A stretch of 64,000 nucleotides of DNA from Bdellovibrionaceae bacterium UBA3535 (GTDB lineage Bacteria; Bdellovibrionota; Bdellovibrionia; Bdellovibrionales; UBA840). A program made the translations under genes and the position numbers. Of the stretch, positions 20,337 through 30,894 are shown one piece after another. The stretch covers positions 246,532 through 310,531 of the forward strand of contig DFOS01000024.1 in assembly GCA_002376845.1 (NCBI GenBank), given 5' to 3'. Numbering within the stretch: the first letter of the stretch is position 1; each line of letters starts with the position of its first letter. The notes beneath the pieces were generated by a model. That model did not search any database. It saw only the letters and a list, made by a program, of their open reading frames with translations, and was not told where the DNA came from.

Positions 20337-20561
20337 GCGGATGGAAGCGCCAAGATAATCAGCGCACCAAGGAAGGGCAAGAAATACTTATTTTAGTCCC
20401 CCGCATAAGCTAAATATTGTGCAATAATATGGAGATAAGTCCCTTATAGCGAGTGAAAGGCCATGATAAAGCAAAGCTTGTAATTTTTATAGACCTAACA
20501 TATGATTGCAAAGTCTGTTGGGGAACAGATGGGAGTGCAAGGATGCAGTCAAGGGGGGAAT

Positions 20562-21452
20562 ATGCTTCATTTACTGTTAGCACTGGGTGCAGGGACGCTC
20601 TCTTTATCTGTGGCGCAAGCAAGTGACACAAATTTTATCGAACAAATCTTAGAGCCCAAAGTAATCTACGGAGAAGACGATCGTCAGGATCTTTATGAAT
20701 TGAATGATCCCTACCGTATCACTATGGCGGAGTCCACGGTTGCGCTAGTGAAAGCGTACAAAGTACAGGGCCATGGAGAGCGGTATTTTCTTAAGGGCTC
20801 GAATTATCAAAAAGCTTATGGTTTGTGTGAAACAGAACGTTTTATAGAGCAAGACATTAGCTCCTATTGTACGGGTGCGCTGATTGATAAGGATAAAGTT
20901 TTGACCGCTGGCCACTGCGTACGAAACAAATGCGGCTCTGAAAAATATGTTTTTGATTATAATAAAAAGACAAAATACAAAGATGCCTACGAAATTCCTG
21001 CCTCTAGCGTTTATTCTTGCAAAAAAGTGCTTCATCGCAGTTTAGAGGGTGGCAAAGACTTTGCCATCGTCCAGCTAGACAGGCAAGTCTTGGACCGTGA
21101 ACCCTTAAGTGTGTATCGCGGGCAAGATTTACCAAATAAGACTTCCGTTTATGTCATGAGTTACTTGGCGGGTCTTCCTCTTAAATATTCTGGTGATGCC
21201 TACATTCGGGACAATCAACCGCAGCATTTTTATATTGTAAATACAGATACCTATGGGGGGAGCTCCGGAGCCCCTGTGTTTGATGAAATCACCAATGAGA
21301 TCATTGGTATACTTTCAAGTGGAGAAATGGACTTTGTAGCTGAGCCAGGCAGTGCTTGCCAGGTATCTCAACGCTGCGCTATGGATGCTTGCCGCGGAGA
21401 GTTTGTCACGAAAATGACCAGTATCCTAGACGCGACAAACGGGGATCTGTAG
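20562..21452 (+). CDS. Secreted trypsin-like (S1/V8-type) serine protease
   Basis: TAGHC (His), DFAIVQLD (Asp), GGSSGAPV (Ser). Start placed at MLHLLLALGAG (signal peptide); the longest ORF starts at 20502. Confidence 0.8.
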   Translation: MLHLLLALGAGTLSLSVAQASDTNFIEQILEPKVIYGEDDRQDLYELNDPYRITMAESTVALVKAYKVQGHGERYFLKGSNYQKAYGLCETERFIEQDISSYCTGALIDKDKVLTAGHCVRNKCGSEKYVFDYNKKTKYKDAYEIPASSVYSCKKVLHRSLEGGKDFAIVQLDRQVLDREPLSVYRGQDLPNKTSVYVMSYLAGLPLKYSGDAYIRDNQPQHFYIVNTDTYGGSSGAPVFDEITNEIIGILSSGEMDFVAEPGSACQVSQRCAMDACRGEFVTKMTSILDATNGDL

Positions 21453-21508
21453 CTTTATATTTTCAAAAGGAAGAACTTCCGCTAACATAATCCCACCAGG
21501 GAGAAAAT

Positions 21509-23536
21509 ATGAATGCATTACTAAGTCAAGATCGAGGCCCTTATGAAACGCCTATTTTTAAAAACTACAAAGTTGAGGACTATCTCCCAGCCCTAAAAGA
21601 ATCCATTCGGATTGCTAAAGAGCGCTTAGAAGAAATTAAAAGTATAAAAGAACCCAATTTTGAAAATGTCATACTTGCACTAGAGGATATGGACAAAGAG
21701 GCAAATTTTGTTAACACCATTTATTATAATTTGTATAGCGCGCATGCCAGCCCGGAGCACCAAGCCTTAGCTTCGGATATATCGGCTATCAATGCAGAAT
21801 ACTCGAACGATATCAGTTTGGATGAAAAACTCTTTCAGCAAGTAAAATCGGTTTATGATAAACAAGAGCAATTATCACTTGGCATAGAAGAAAAAAAGCT
21901 TCTGGAAGATGTGTACAAATCCTTTGTTCGCAATGGTGCAAATTTAGAGCCTGAGAAAAAAGAGCAATTACGTGATATTGACAAAAATCTTGCACCTCTT
22001 AGCTCGAAGTTCTCAGAAAATGTTTTAAAGGCCATCAACGCTTTTGAGCTTTACCTTGAAGAAAAAGATTTGGAAGGGCTTCCAGAATCCTTTGTCGAGG
22101 CGGCAAAGCATGCTGCCGAAGAAAAGGGGAAAGCAGATCAATATTTGGTAAGCTTACAGGCACCAAGTTTCATTCCCTTTATTACTTATTCTAGTCGCCG
22201 CGACTTAAGAGAAAAGGTGTGGCGAGCCTATACCACGAAATGTGTGGAGGGAGAGCTATCCAATAAAGAGATCATTAAAAAAGCCGTCGAATTAAGGCAC
22301 AAACGAGCCAAGCTTTTGGGTTTTTCTTCACATGCTGATTATGTGTTAGAAGAGCGTATGGCTAAGTCCGTTAGCAAGGTGGAAGACTTTTTAGAGAATC
22401 TTTATCAGGTAAGCCGACCAGCAGCGGAAAAAGATGTGCAAGAGGTGGAGGCATTTGCCAAGAAAATAGATGATTTAGATAAACTCATGCCTTGGGATTT
22501 CGCCTACTATTCAGAAAAGCTGAAGGAGCAAAAATTTGGTTTCCATGAAGAGGATTTAAAACCCTACTTTTCTTTAGAGAAAGTTATCCAAGGTGCTTTT
22601 GGTTTGGCTAAAAAACTTTACGGCATTGATTTTCGAGCAAATTCCGACATTGATACTTATCATCCAGATGTACGAGTATTTGAAGTGATTTCCCCGGAGA
22701 ATCAAGTTCAGGGGATTCTTTACGCCGACTTTCATCCGCGAGAGACGAAAAGATCCGGCGCTTGGATGACTTCCTACCGCGATCAGTATGTTGATAATGG
22801 GGAGAATAAAATCCCGCAAATCAGCATAGTATGCAACTTTACCAAGCCCACGTCGAAAAAACCCTCTTTACTCACATTTGATGAGGTGCAAACTCTTTTT
22901 CATGAGTTTGGTCACGCGCTTCATGGACTTTTATCCAAAGTGAAATACAAATCACTTTCCGGAACCAATGTGCTTTGGGACTTTGTAGAGCTACCCTCTC
23001 AATTTATGGAGAATTTTTTGTTTGAAAAAGAGGTGTTAGATTTGTTTGCCGAGCACTATGAAACAAAAGAAAAAATACCAGCAGAGTTGGTGGAAAAATT
23101 AAAAGCTAGCTCGAAGTTTTTAGCAGGCTACGCCAGTCTTCGTCAGTTGCAGTTTGGCTTTTTGGATATGGCTTGGCATCGTGATGAAGAAGGTTTAAAG
23201 CATGACGTTCTTGAATTCGAAGAGATGGTGACCGAGAAGACTCGTTTATTTGAAAAGGTAGCAGGAACCTCTACCTCGGTGGGCTTTTCTCATATTTTTG
23301 CCGGAGGATATTCGGCAGGATACTATTCCTACAAGTGGGCGGAGGTTCTGGACGCCGACGCCTATGAAGCCTTTCAAGAAAGAGGGCTATTTGATTTGGA
23401 TACAGCTAAATCCTTTCATGATAATATCTTGTCACGCGGGGGGAGTGAAGACCCCATGGAGCTTTATAAACGTTTCCGCGGTAGAGAGCCAGATCCAAAA
23501 GCTCTATTGAGAAGACAAGGTCTATTGCAAAAGTAA
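21509..23536 (+). CDS. M3 family metallopeptidase (peptidyl-dipeptidase Dcp / oligopeptidase A-like)
   Basis: HEFGHALH zinc motif; 675 aa, typical of M3A. Confidence 0.88.
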   Translation: MNALLSQDRGPYETPIFKNYKVEDYLPALKESIRIAKERLEEIKSIKEPNFENVILALEDMDKEANFVNTIYYNLYSAHASPEHQALASDISAINAEYSNDISLDEKLFQQVKSVYDKQEQLSLGIEEKKLLEDVYKSFVRNGANLEPEKKEQLRDIDKNLAPLSSKFSENVLKAINAFELYLEEKDLEGLPESFVEAAKHAAEEKGKADQYLVSLQAPSFIPFITYSSRRDLREKVWRAYTTKCVEGELSNKEIIKKAVELRHKRAKLLGFSSHADYVLEERMAKSVSKVEDFLENLYQVSRPAAEKDVQEVEAFAKKIDDLDKLMPWDFAYYSEKLKEQKFGFHEEDLKPYFSLEKVIQGAFGLAKKLYGIDFRANSDIDTYHPDVRVFEVISPENQVQGILYADFHPRETKRSGAWMTSYRDQYVDNGENKIPQISIVCNFTKPTSKKPSLLTFDEVQTLFHEFGHALHGLLSKVKYKSLSGTNVLWDFVELPSQFMENFLFEKEVLDLFAEHYETKEKIPAELVEKLKASSKFLAGYASLRQLQFGFLDMAWHRDEEGLKHDVLEFEEMVTEKTRLFEKVAGTSTSVGFSHIFAGGYSAGYYSYKWAEVLDADAYEAFQERGLFDLDTAKSFHDNILSRGGSEDPMELYKRFRGREPDPKALLRRQGLLQK

Positions 23537-23563
23537 AAAAAAGGCCCTTTTAAAAAAAGGGCC
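23535..23563. terminator. Hairpin shared by convergent M3 peptidase and phosphatase genes
   Basis: GGCCCTTTT/AAAAGGGCC stem flanked by an A8 run on the left, which reads as a T-run on the minus strand. Confidence 0.5.
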
Positions 23564-23681
23564 AGGGGAATTTACTCTAGGGTTCTTATTGGATAAGGAT
23601 AAGAAAACCTAGTTTAAATTAAGATCAATGAGCCTAAAAGTATAATAGATAAAACAAAAGACATGCTTCGAAATAAACGAA

Positions 23682-24749
23682 CTAGTGATTTAGGCAGCGC
23701 TTTAGTATGTGATAAATTTCTGTGTTGTCGATGGTGCCATTGACAGAGCTGGCACAGGGGCCATCGGCAAATAAGACTACATCCACGGCAGTATGATTTT
23801 GTTTCGATAGTCCTGAATCAATAAAACGTATACTCGGTTTTTCATCGCGAGTTTTTTTGGTAATTTTTCTATTTTTAATTAGTGAATCTTTTATATCTGG
23901 ATAACCCGATACATCAATGCCAGCGGTATCATGATCCGAAGTAATAAAAAGTGATATATTTTTCTTAGAGTTAGCGCGGATGAGATTGCGAATTTCGCCA
24001 ATGAGCTTATCAAAATCGTATAGTTCTTCAATAGCTGTCACCGGATCTCCTTCGTGTAAGGCATGATCGATACGGCCCGATTCGATTACTAAGAAAAAGG
24101 GAGCATCCGCCTTGATTAAGCGCTGCACTTGTTCCACGGTGATTTCTTTTAAACGAGGAAATGATTTTTTTTCTTTTAGGTAGGGAAAGTGACCTTGTGA
24201 ATATAGTGCCAAAAAAGGTTCTTGAAATTCTTTAGGAGGCTGTTCGTATAAGTGAAAACGAGTTTTCTTAGAAAGTGCTTTTTTTAATACAAAGGTGGAG
24301 CCGCCGATGAGAAAGTCTATCTTTGATTTTAATAGGTCTTCAATGATTTCGGGGCTATTGCTCCGATGCATAGTAGATGCATAAAAGGCGGCGGGTGTAG
24401 CATGGGTGACGGTTGTATTGGTAATGATTCCAACGCGATAGCCCTTTGCTTTTGCCAAATCAGAAATTTTTTGTTCTTTGCTTTCGGGATAACAAATGGC
24501 TGCATTATTTACTTTTTGTCCGCAGGCAAAAGCCGATGCCGCAGCAGCAGAATCTGTAACATAGGAGTCTTTGGATTGTGTGGTAACTAGCGCGGTGGAT
24601 GGAAACGAATCCAAACTTAATTTACGTTCGCCATGATAGTATTGTCCCCTGGTGGCATTGATAACCGCTGGGCCCATGCCATCTCCCACCATAAAAATAA
24701 TGGAGTTTGGACTGGCAAAGATGTGGCTTATGAATAGCACTAGGAACAC
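23682..24749 (-). CDS. Alkaline phosphatase family protein (short form)
   Basis: MVGDGMG, TDSAAAASAF (Ser nucleophile context), GRIDHALHE, TSDHDT metal ligands. GTG start. Confidence 0.82.
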   Translation of the reverse strand: MFLVLFISHIFASPNSIIFMVGDGMGPAVINATRGQYYHGERKLSLDSFPSTALVTTQSKDSYVTDSAAAASAFACGQKVNNAAICYPESKEQKISDLAKAKGYRVGIITNTTVTHATPAAFYASTMHRSNSPEIIEDLLKSKIDFLIGGSTFVLKKALSKKTRFHLYEQPPKEFQEPFLALYSQGHFPYLKEKKSFPRLKEITVEQVQRLIKADAPFFLVIESGRIDHALHEGDPVTAIEELYDFDKLIGEIRNLIRANSKKNISLFITSDHDTAGIDVSGYPDIKDSLIKNRKITKKTRDEKPSIRFIDSGLSKQNHTAVDVVLFADGPCASSVNGTIDNTEIYHILKRCLNH

Positions 24750-24986
24750 AGCATTTTAAGTAGCAGTTAGTAGGTGGGACTGGCAAGAAAATAAGCCTTT
24801 TGTAAGCCTGCAAGCACTTTTCTAAAGTATTAAAATCATTAAATTAATCCTCTTTGATTGTGGGGTTCATCAGACTTTAAACAGCCCTTTTAAAAATTAC
24901 ATACTTGCCTATTTATGCTTCAGCAAAACTTACATTTGTGATAACTAAAAGGTTTCTCGTATTGGTAGAACGTTTAGGAGTTTGTC

Positions 24987-27900
24987 TTGTCCTCTAAAAT
25001 TCAAAAATTGCTTAGCTCCACCTTGCAATTGGTACTTCATAGTTTTCTCTGTTTTCAAATTGCTTTTGGCTCCACACTTCTTGTTGTTAGTAAAGCACGG
25101 GCACAGTCGGCTCCCTCAAGTATCGAGCGCACACTGGATTTAGAAAAAATATCTTCCAAGCGAGTAAGGGAGCAGCTTCACAGCTCTCAAAAGGTAATGG
25201 ATGCTATCTATGAAAAACGCATAGAGGACATTCCGAAGCGCGTTTTAGATCCATTTTTTATGAAGGAGCAAAGTCTTTGGACGCAAGACAGAACTTTTGC
25301 ATTGGGTGATCCAACGCAAGCTCTCCCGTATATAAGTGTAGATGATATTCGCTTTGAAATTCGAGAGGGTCTATTGCATATGGTGGGTTTTAAGCGCGGC
25401 CATGTGGTAGCTCGACAAATCATGCAAGCATTTAATGCTACAGCTGTGGCGGCGGACAATGAAAAAGTAGTCGTTACCACAAAAAAAGGCGATATGCTCG
25501 TGTTAGATAAGGCATTCTTGTTGGAATATGCTTTTCAACATCCCATGCCGTTTTTCACTGCTTATCAAGCCGGTAAAAACACGAGAACTTTTGTTGGGCA
25601 TAAGGCTTTAGAAATTACGTTTATGACACGCGGCTTGCGTCCTTTTGTGGAAGGGGAAGTGGAGCGTATTTTAAATACAAATTATGAAAAGCTGGCCGAC
25701 GCACCGATTATTCCCATGAATAAAGCAGGGGAAGCCGTTTTTGAAGCTGGTGATATTGTAGTTTTTGACCGTGATGGTGATAGCCGAAAGCTAGTGGCGA
25801 TTATGAATCGTAAGGTTGTGTCCTCAGTTATGGCTAGAGGACATAAATTAACAGCAATGGCTGGGACTTTATTTAGTTTCGAAGGCATGCGAAACACGCT
25901 TTCTGAGGCCATAGCCTCCAGGCTTAAGGTTGATAATCCAGGTGATATTCGTTCGCCAATCGTTGAGCTTTTAGAGGCATTGGAAACTGAGGCAGATGGC
26001 AAAAAGCACACAGACGAAATCGCAAAAAAAATATCGCAGGATGAATTGCTTAAAAAATACTTTCGTTCCTTTGACCAGAAAAAGCTACGTTTGCATTTAG
26101 GCCGTGCAAAAGAGTTCGACTCGCACCAATCGGAAGCTCGAGATCATTATACCTTATCAGAGTGGTGGGCGTCATACGAGAAAATTAATGCCACTACAGA
26201 TGATATTGTAACAGAACTGAAGGGTCGCCAAGAAGTCTCTGATTTTCAAGATAAAGAACGCATCCAAGAAGATATAGATCGCTTGCAGCAGCAAAAAGAT
26301 TCCCAGGATTTTCGACACGATTATCAGGAAATAGTACGCACCTATATATCTGGTGAGACCAACTTTCATCGACCAGAAAAAAAGCTGCTTGAGATGATTC
26401 GGGAAAAAAGCGTTCAGTCCTTTCGTTTTCTGGCTTGGGGACTGGGTGCTGGGATGGCTGCCTGGACGGGAGTGAGTGTGTTTGAGCACTATGCTCCTAC
26501 GATTGCTCACGAATTCTTTTTTACAGCCAGTCATTGGTGGCAAATGAATCAGCCGGAGCTGTTAAGTGCCGAGTACCGATGGGTCACTCTATTAGGAATG
26601 ACGTATTTAACCATGGTGATTCCTTTAACCGTGCTTTATGGATACTCCATGGTGCCAATTATGAAGCATCTACAAAACTGGATTCGCCCGCTCACAAATG
26701 GCTCAGGAGCAACAGCGAAGTATGCCAGAGACATTGATGCTACTTTGCACAAATATATTTATAAATACGAGGATCTTTCCATATGGCGCCGTATTGTAAC
26801 CGTATCGACATTTCCTTATGCGATTTTGGTACGGCCATTTATCAATACTATCTTAGATTCTATTTTAAAACAGCCAACAGTAGAGGTTTGGCGGGCAGGC
26901 CTAAATCCATTTACCAAAATTTCTTATGATTCTGCTACCGGCAAAAAAATTGGTTTAAAAGAAGGTGAGAACATTCGTTTAGGTTTTTCTAAATTGACTA
27001 AGATTTTTCACCACGAAAAACAAGAAACAGAAAAAGCATTAAAGGAGCATGCTCTTAAGGTAAAAATATCGGAGGCTACAAATGCGAAGTCCATTGCTTG
27101 GAATCTAGCAGCACTGGTTGTCGCAAAAGAAAAGGGTGTAGATCCTGCATCATTATTTGCACTAGCTACAGGAAATATGTCCGTTGAAGAAATACAGTCC
27201 ATCTATCAGAATAAAAGATCGCAAAGTCTTTGGCGAGATATAGCCGCTGCTGTCTATTATGACATTCAAAGGCAAATCAAAACCAATCCCAATTTTGATA
27301 TACAAAAGGTTTCTCCTGAGCAAGTGGCAGAATATTATAGTCTTGCCGAAACGGAGGCAGATAAATTAAAGAGCGCAACCAAAGGAACGCGTCTTTTGAT
27401 CCAGCTGCGCAATCAATTTCGTCAAATGGGATCGAATGGATCAAAAGTTTTGGGTAACTTTGGTTTATCTGAATACAATTTCCTAGTGCAAAACACTGCC
27501 AATGAGTATGTTTCGCAGCAAACAAAAAGAGAATATGTACAGGATACTGCTATGGTAATTGGTTTGCCGCCATTTCTGGGGCCTCGTTCAAAAGTAGCAG
27601 AGAACTTGGCTATTGGTAGGCCCGATCAAATTGCCCATCACCCAGATTATTTATTTTATACACCTCCTCCGCATTTGACGGACATGGGCACAAATACCTT
27701 GATACATTTGATAGTAGCGGGTCCAAGAAGAATGCTTGTGATGCAAATACTTGAGGCCATGAAGGAGAACAACTATCGACCTATCGATGCAGTTCAAACT
27801 CGCGCAGCGGATCGAAAAGAAGGTTTAATAAAAGGTGCGGTCAATTGGTCTTTGAATTTATTAGACGCAAGAAAAAGCAATTTGGGTGGCTATTATACCA

Positions 27901-28802
27901 AGGGTATGGTTCGTAGAATCAATACGGTTCAGGCTTCCATATCTTTGTTTATGATCATGCGCATGACATTGGGAGAGCAAAGTGCACAAGCGGCCTGGAT
28001 GGCTTCATGGTTTTTTTGGATGGCATCAGAGCTTACCTATGGTTGGCCTTGGATGATCATTGATGTGGGCAACTCACAAGAGGAAAGACGTACGGGTGTT
28101 AAGAGAGAAAGTCATGAAAGTATAGTGCGTGAAATGCTCGAAGGTTTCCGTAATCATGATAATGAACAAGTGGACCGTAGTTTTCAAAGATTAACTCAGC
28201 TTTATAAAAAATATGGCCGGGTTGCGCGAAAACCAATGAATGAGGCTTTAAAGGAATATAATAAATCTTTAGATCTGGCTTGGCACACGCAGGTAAGCCC
28301 TCGAGAGCTTCGAAATGCACTGAAAGGCCCGAATGCCGAGAGTGTATTTGCAATAATGGGTAAGCTATATAAGGCGCAAATGCATGAAACCAATGCAGAT
28401 TTAAAGCATGTCTACATACAGTTAGAAGAAGCTGTAAGGAATAACAAACCGCTAAGCAAAACACAACTACGTGCTTACGCTAGAGATTTTGCTGATTTTA
28501 GCCTGAGTGCGCCGCCCCTACAAAATACACCAAATTCGTATTTAGCTTCTATTACGACTTTTGGTTTGGGGGCCGTGCTTACTACAGTGTTAGCAGCAAA
28601 ATTGGGTTATATGTCTTTTGATCCAAGCAACCATAATATAGAAACCATAATTAAATGGGCTGGCTACAATGCTGTTTTTTATGCCTCTTTAATGTTGCTA
28701 TTCAGTAAGCATAGTTGGGAAAAATACTATGTACCTGGCATCAATAAGATGAAAAGCAAAATGAAACGAGGTAAGGCCTGCTATGGTCTATTTGGCGGTT
28801 AA
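24987..28802 (+). CDS. Orphan 1271-aa polytopic membrane protein, function unknown
   Basis: TTG start 7 nt after AGGAG. N-terminal signal/anchor, and hydrophobic clusters at roughly aa 480-560, 940-1000 and 1190-1250. No motif recognised. Confidence 0.6.
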   Translation: MSSKIQKLLSSTLQLVLHSFLCFQIAFGSTLLVVSKARAQSAPSSIERTLDLEKISSKRVREQLHSSQKVMDAIYEKRIEDIPKRVLDPFFMKEQSLWTQDRTFALGDPTQALPYISVDDIRFEIREGLLHMVGFKRGHVVARQIMQAFNATAVAADNEKVVVTTKKGDMLVLDKAFLLEYAFQHPMPFFTAYQAGKNTRTFVGHKALEITFMTRGLRPFVEGEVERILNTNYEKLADAPIIPMNKAGEAVFEAGDIVVFDRDGDSRKLVAIMNRKVVSSVMARGHKLTAMAGTLFSFEGMRNTLSEAIASRLKVDNPGDIRSPIVELLEALETEADGKKHTDEIAKKISQDELLKKYFRSFDQKKLRLHLGRAKEFDSHQSEARDHYTLSEWWASYEKINATTDDIVTELKGRQEVSDFQDKERIQEDIDRLQQQKDSQDFRHDYQEIVRTYISGETNFHRPEKKLLEMIREKSVQSFRFLAWGLGAGMAAWTGVSVFEHYAPTIAHEFFFTASHWWQMNQPELLSAEYRWVTLLGMTYLTMVIPLTVLYGYSMVPIMKHLQNWIRPLTNGSGATAKYARDIDATLHKYIYKYEDLSIWRRIVTVSTFPYAILVRPFINTILDSILKQPTVEVWRAGLNPFTKISYDSATGKKIGLKEGENIRLGFSKLTKIFHHEKQETEKALKEHALKVKISEATNAKSIAWNLAALVVAKEKGVDPASLFALATGNMSVEEIQSIYQNKRSQSLWRDIAAAVYYDIQRQIKTNPNFDIQKVSPEQVAEYYSLAETEADKLKSATKGTRLLIQLRNQFRQMGSNGSKVLGNFGLSEYNFLVQNTANEYVSQQTKREYVQDTAMVIGLPPFLGPRSKVAENLAIGRPDQIAHHPDYLFYTPPPHLTDMGTNTLIHLIVAGPRRMLVMQILEAMKENNYRPIDAVQTRAADRKEGLIKGAVNWSLNLLDARKSNLGGYYTKGMVRRINTVQASISLFMIMRMTLGEQSAQAAWMASWFFWMASELTYGWPWMIIDVGNSQEERRTGVKRESHESIVREMLEGFRNHDNEQVDRSFQRLTQLYKKYGRVARKPMNEALKEYNKSLDLAWHTQVSPRELRNALKGPNAESVFAIMGKLYKAQMHETNADLKHVYIQLEEAVRNNKPLSKTQLRAYARDFADFSLSAPPLQNTPNSYLASITTFGLGAVLTTVLAAKLGYMSFDPSNHNIETIIKWAGYNAVFYASLMLLFSKHSWEKYYVPGINKMKSKMKRGKACYGLFGG

Positions 28803-28884
28803 ACAAAATCCATACAAAAATTAGGCGATTAGGGCCTTTTTAATAGAGATTTGTATTCTTGATTGCCAGTAAGTACAGTAGGGA

Positions 28885-30381
28885 ATGGCTTCAAGCAATG
28901 CTCTTTTTGTAATATTAGGCAATCAATTATTTCCTGAAAAGCATTTAAATCCTTATAAGGATTCCAAATTTTTTATGGCCGAGGATTACGGGCTTTGCAC
29001 CTATGAAAAGCACCATCAACATAAAATTATCTTATTCTTGAGCGCAATGCGCTTTTACGCGGATGAATTAAAAAATAAAGGATATGATCTAACCTACAAA
29101 AAATTAGACCCAAAAATAAGTTATGAGGAAAAATTAGAAAAAGCTCTGAAAAATAAAACAAAGCTAATTAGTTTTGAAATAGAAGATAAGTTCTTTGAAC
29201 GGCGTATAAAAGATTTTTGCAAAAAACATGGGATAGAGTGGCAGCAAGTGGAAAGCCCCATGTTTATGTGTAGTCGGCAGAGCTTTGAGCAATACAAAAC
29301 AGAAGTAAAAAAACCATTCTTGAAGACATTCTATGAGCGGCAGAGAAAGATAAATTCTATTTTGCTTGATGCTAAGGGAAAACCTGAAGGCGGAAAATGG
29401 AGTTTTGATGCAGATAACCGTAAGAAAATGCCTAAGGATGTAGTGCTGCCAGAGATCAAAATTCCCAAAAACAAAAATCCGCACATAATAGAAGTAAAAA
29501 AACTCACTGAGCAACACTTTTCAGATCATCCAGGCAGCACGCAGAATTTTTGGCTGCCCACCACGAGAAAAGAATATCTGTCTTTGCTGCAAATGTTTTT
29601 AAAAAATTCTTTAAAAGATTTTGGCTCCTACCAGGATGCGATTAATGAAAGGAGTCCGTTTTTATTTCATTCCCTACTTTCACCAGGAATCAATATGGGG
29701 CTCATTTTGCCAGAAGAAGTGATTCAAAAGGTGGTGGATCATTATTATAAAAACAAAAAAGTCATTCCATTAAACTCAGTGGAAGGTTTTGTTCGGCAAG
29801 TTCTTGGCTGGCGCGAATTCATAAGGGGCATTTATCAAAATTATTCTGACCAACAAGAATCGACAAATTTTTGGCAGCATAAAAGAAAAATGAAGACGTC
29901 TTGGTATACAGGAAATCTAGGTATTCCGCCCGTGGATTATGCCATTAAAAAAGCTCTGGACTACGGCTATAACCATCACATTGAACGACTTATGGTCTTG
30001 TCTAACATTATGCTACTATCGGAAATTAACCCTAAAGAAGTACATTCTTGGTTTATGCAGATGTATGTGGATTCCTCAGACTGGGTGATGGGGCCAAATG
30101 TTTACGGTATGGGGCAATTTAGCGATGGCGGCATTTTTGCCACCAAACCTTATATATGTGGTTCAAATTATATATTAAAAATGAGTGATTATAAAAAAGG
30201 TGAGTGGTGTGATGTGCTTGACGGTTTGTATTGGCGCTTCATTGACAAGCATCGTAAGTTTTTTTCACAGAATCCAAGATTGAACATGATGCTGCGTAGT
30301 TTGGATAAGATGAAAGAAGAAAAGAAGAGCAGGATATTTGCCGCGGCAAATGCATTTTTACAAGAACATACGGAGGTATAA
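28885..30381 (+). CDS. Cryptochrome/photolyase-related protein (COG3046 / bacterial 6-4 photolyase-like family)
   Basis: N-terminus LFVILGNQLF. C-terminal YGYNHHIERLMVLSN...DWVMGPNVYGM...TKPYICGSNYILKMSDY...LYWRFI. Confidence 0.75.
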   Translation: MASSNALFVILGNQLFPEKHLNPYKDSKFFMAEDYGLCTYEKHHQHKIILFLSAMRFYADELKNKGYDLTYKKLDPKISYEEKLEKALKNKTKLISFEIEDKFFERRIKDFCKKHGIEWQQVESPMFMCSRQSFEQYKTEVKKPFLKTFYERQRKINSILLDAKGKPEGGKWSFDADNRKKMPKDVVLPEIKIPKNKNPHIIEVKKLTEQHFSDHPGSTQNFWLPTTRKEYLSLLQMFLKNSLKDFGSYQDAINERSPFLFHSLLSPGINMGLILPEEVIQKVVDHYYKNKKVIPLNSVEGFVRQVLGWREFIRGIYQNYSDQQESTNFWQHKRKMKTSWYTGNLGIPPVDYAIKKALDYGYNHHIERLMVLSNIMLLSEINPKEVHSWFMQMYVDSSDWVMGPNVYGMGQFSDGGIFATKPYICGSNYILKMSDYKKGEWCDVLDGLYWRFIDKHRKFFSQNPRLNMMLRSLDKMKEEKKSRIFAAANAFLQEHTEV

Positions 30382-30894
30382 ATGAAGGTTTTAATTTTAT
30401 TAATGATAAGCGCATTGTCGTTTTCGTCTTATGCAGATGATATTTTTCAAATGAAGATTCAGGACACAGATATGAGTGCATACAAGGGAAAGACCTTGCT
30501 CATTGTTAACATAGCCACTCGCTGCGGCTATACTCCACAGCTTGAGGGGCTAGAGAAACTGTATCAAAGTTACAAGGATAAGGGTTTGGTAATATTGGGT
30601 ATTCCTAGCAATGACTTTGGCGGACAAACCCCAGAAAAAAATGAAAAAGTAAAAGAGTTTTGCTCCCTTAAGTATGGCGTTACATTCCCGTTAACCAATA
30701 AGGCTGTGGTGAAGGGGGATAAAAAGGAGGATCTTATTGCATGGCTGATCAAAAAATCTGGTAGTGAGCAAGAGATTGGCTGGAATTTTGAAAAGTTTCT
30801 TGTCGATAAAAGCGGTAAAAATGTGGAAAGATTTCAATCCGGCGTTGAGCCCGATAGTAAAGACTTAAAGCTGGCCATAGAGAAAAAAATATGA
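30382..30894 (+). CDS. Glutathione peroxidase (Cys-type) with signal peptide
   Basis: LIVNIATRCGYTPQ active site and WNFEKFLV motif. The ATG directly follows the upstream TAA, after GGAGG. Confidence 0.88.
   Translation: MKVLILLMISALSFSSYADDIFQMKIQDTDMSAYKGKTLLIVNIATRCGYTPQLEGLEKLYQSYKDKGLVILGIPSNDFGGQTPEKNEKVKEFCSLKYGVTFPLTNKAVVKGDKKEDLIAWLIKKSGSEQEIGWNFEKFLVDKSGKNVERFQSGVEPDSKDLKLAIEKKI

Noticed and set aside
20047-20413. ORFs 20047..20358 and 20225..20413 (plus strand)
   Set aside because: They are translations of the antisense strand of tRNA-Ser(UGA) and its duplicated 3' end/terminator. Their shared MVLPVFL.AEGVR start simply reflects the DNA repeat.
24622-24813. Possible frameshifted longer N-terminus for the alkaline phosphatase (ORF 24622..24813 in another frame)
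   Set aside because: The upstream peptide (MQAYKRLIFLPVPPTNCYLKCC..) does not look like a signal peptide or phosphatase sequence. The GTG-initiated frame already provides a hydrophobic leader directly before MVGDGMG.
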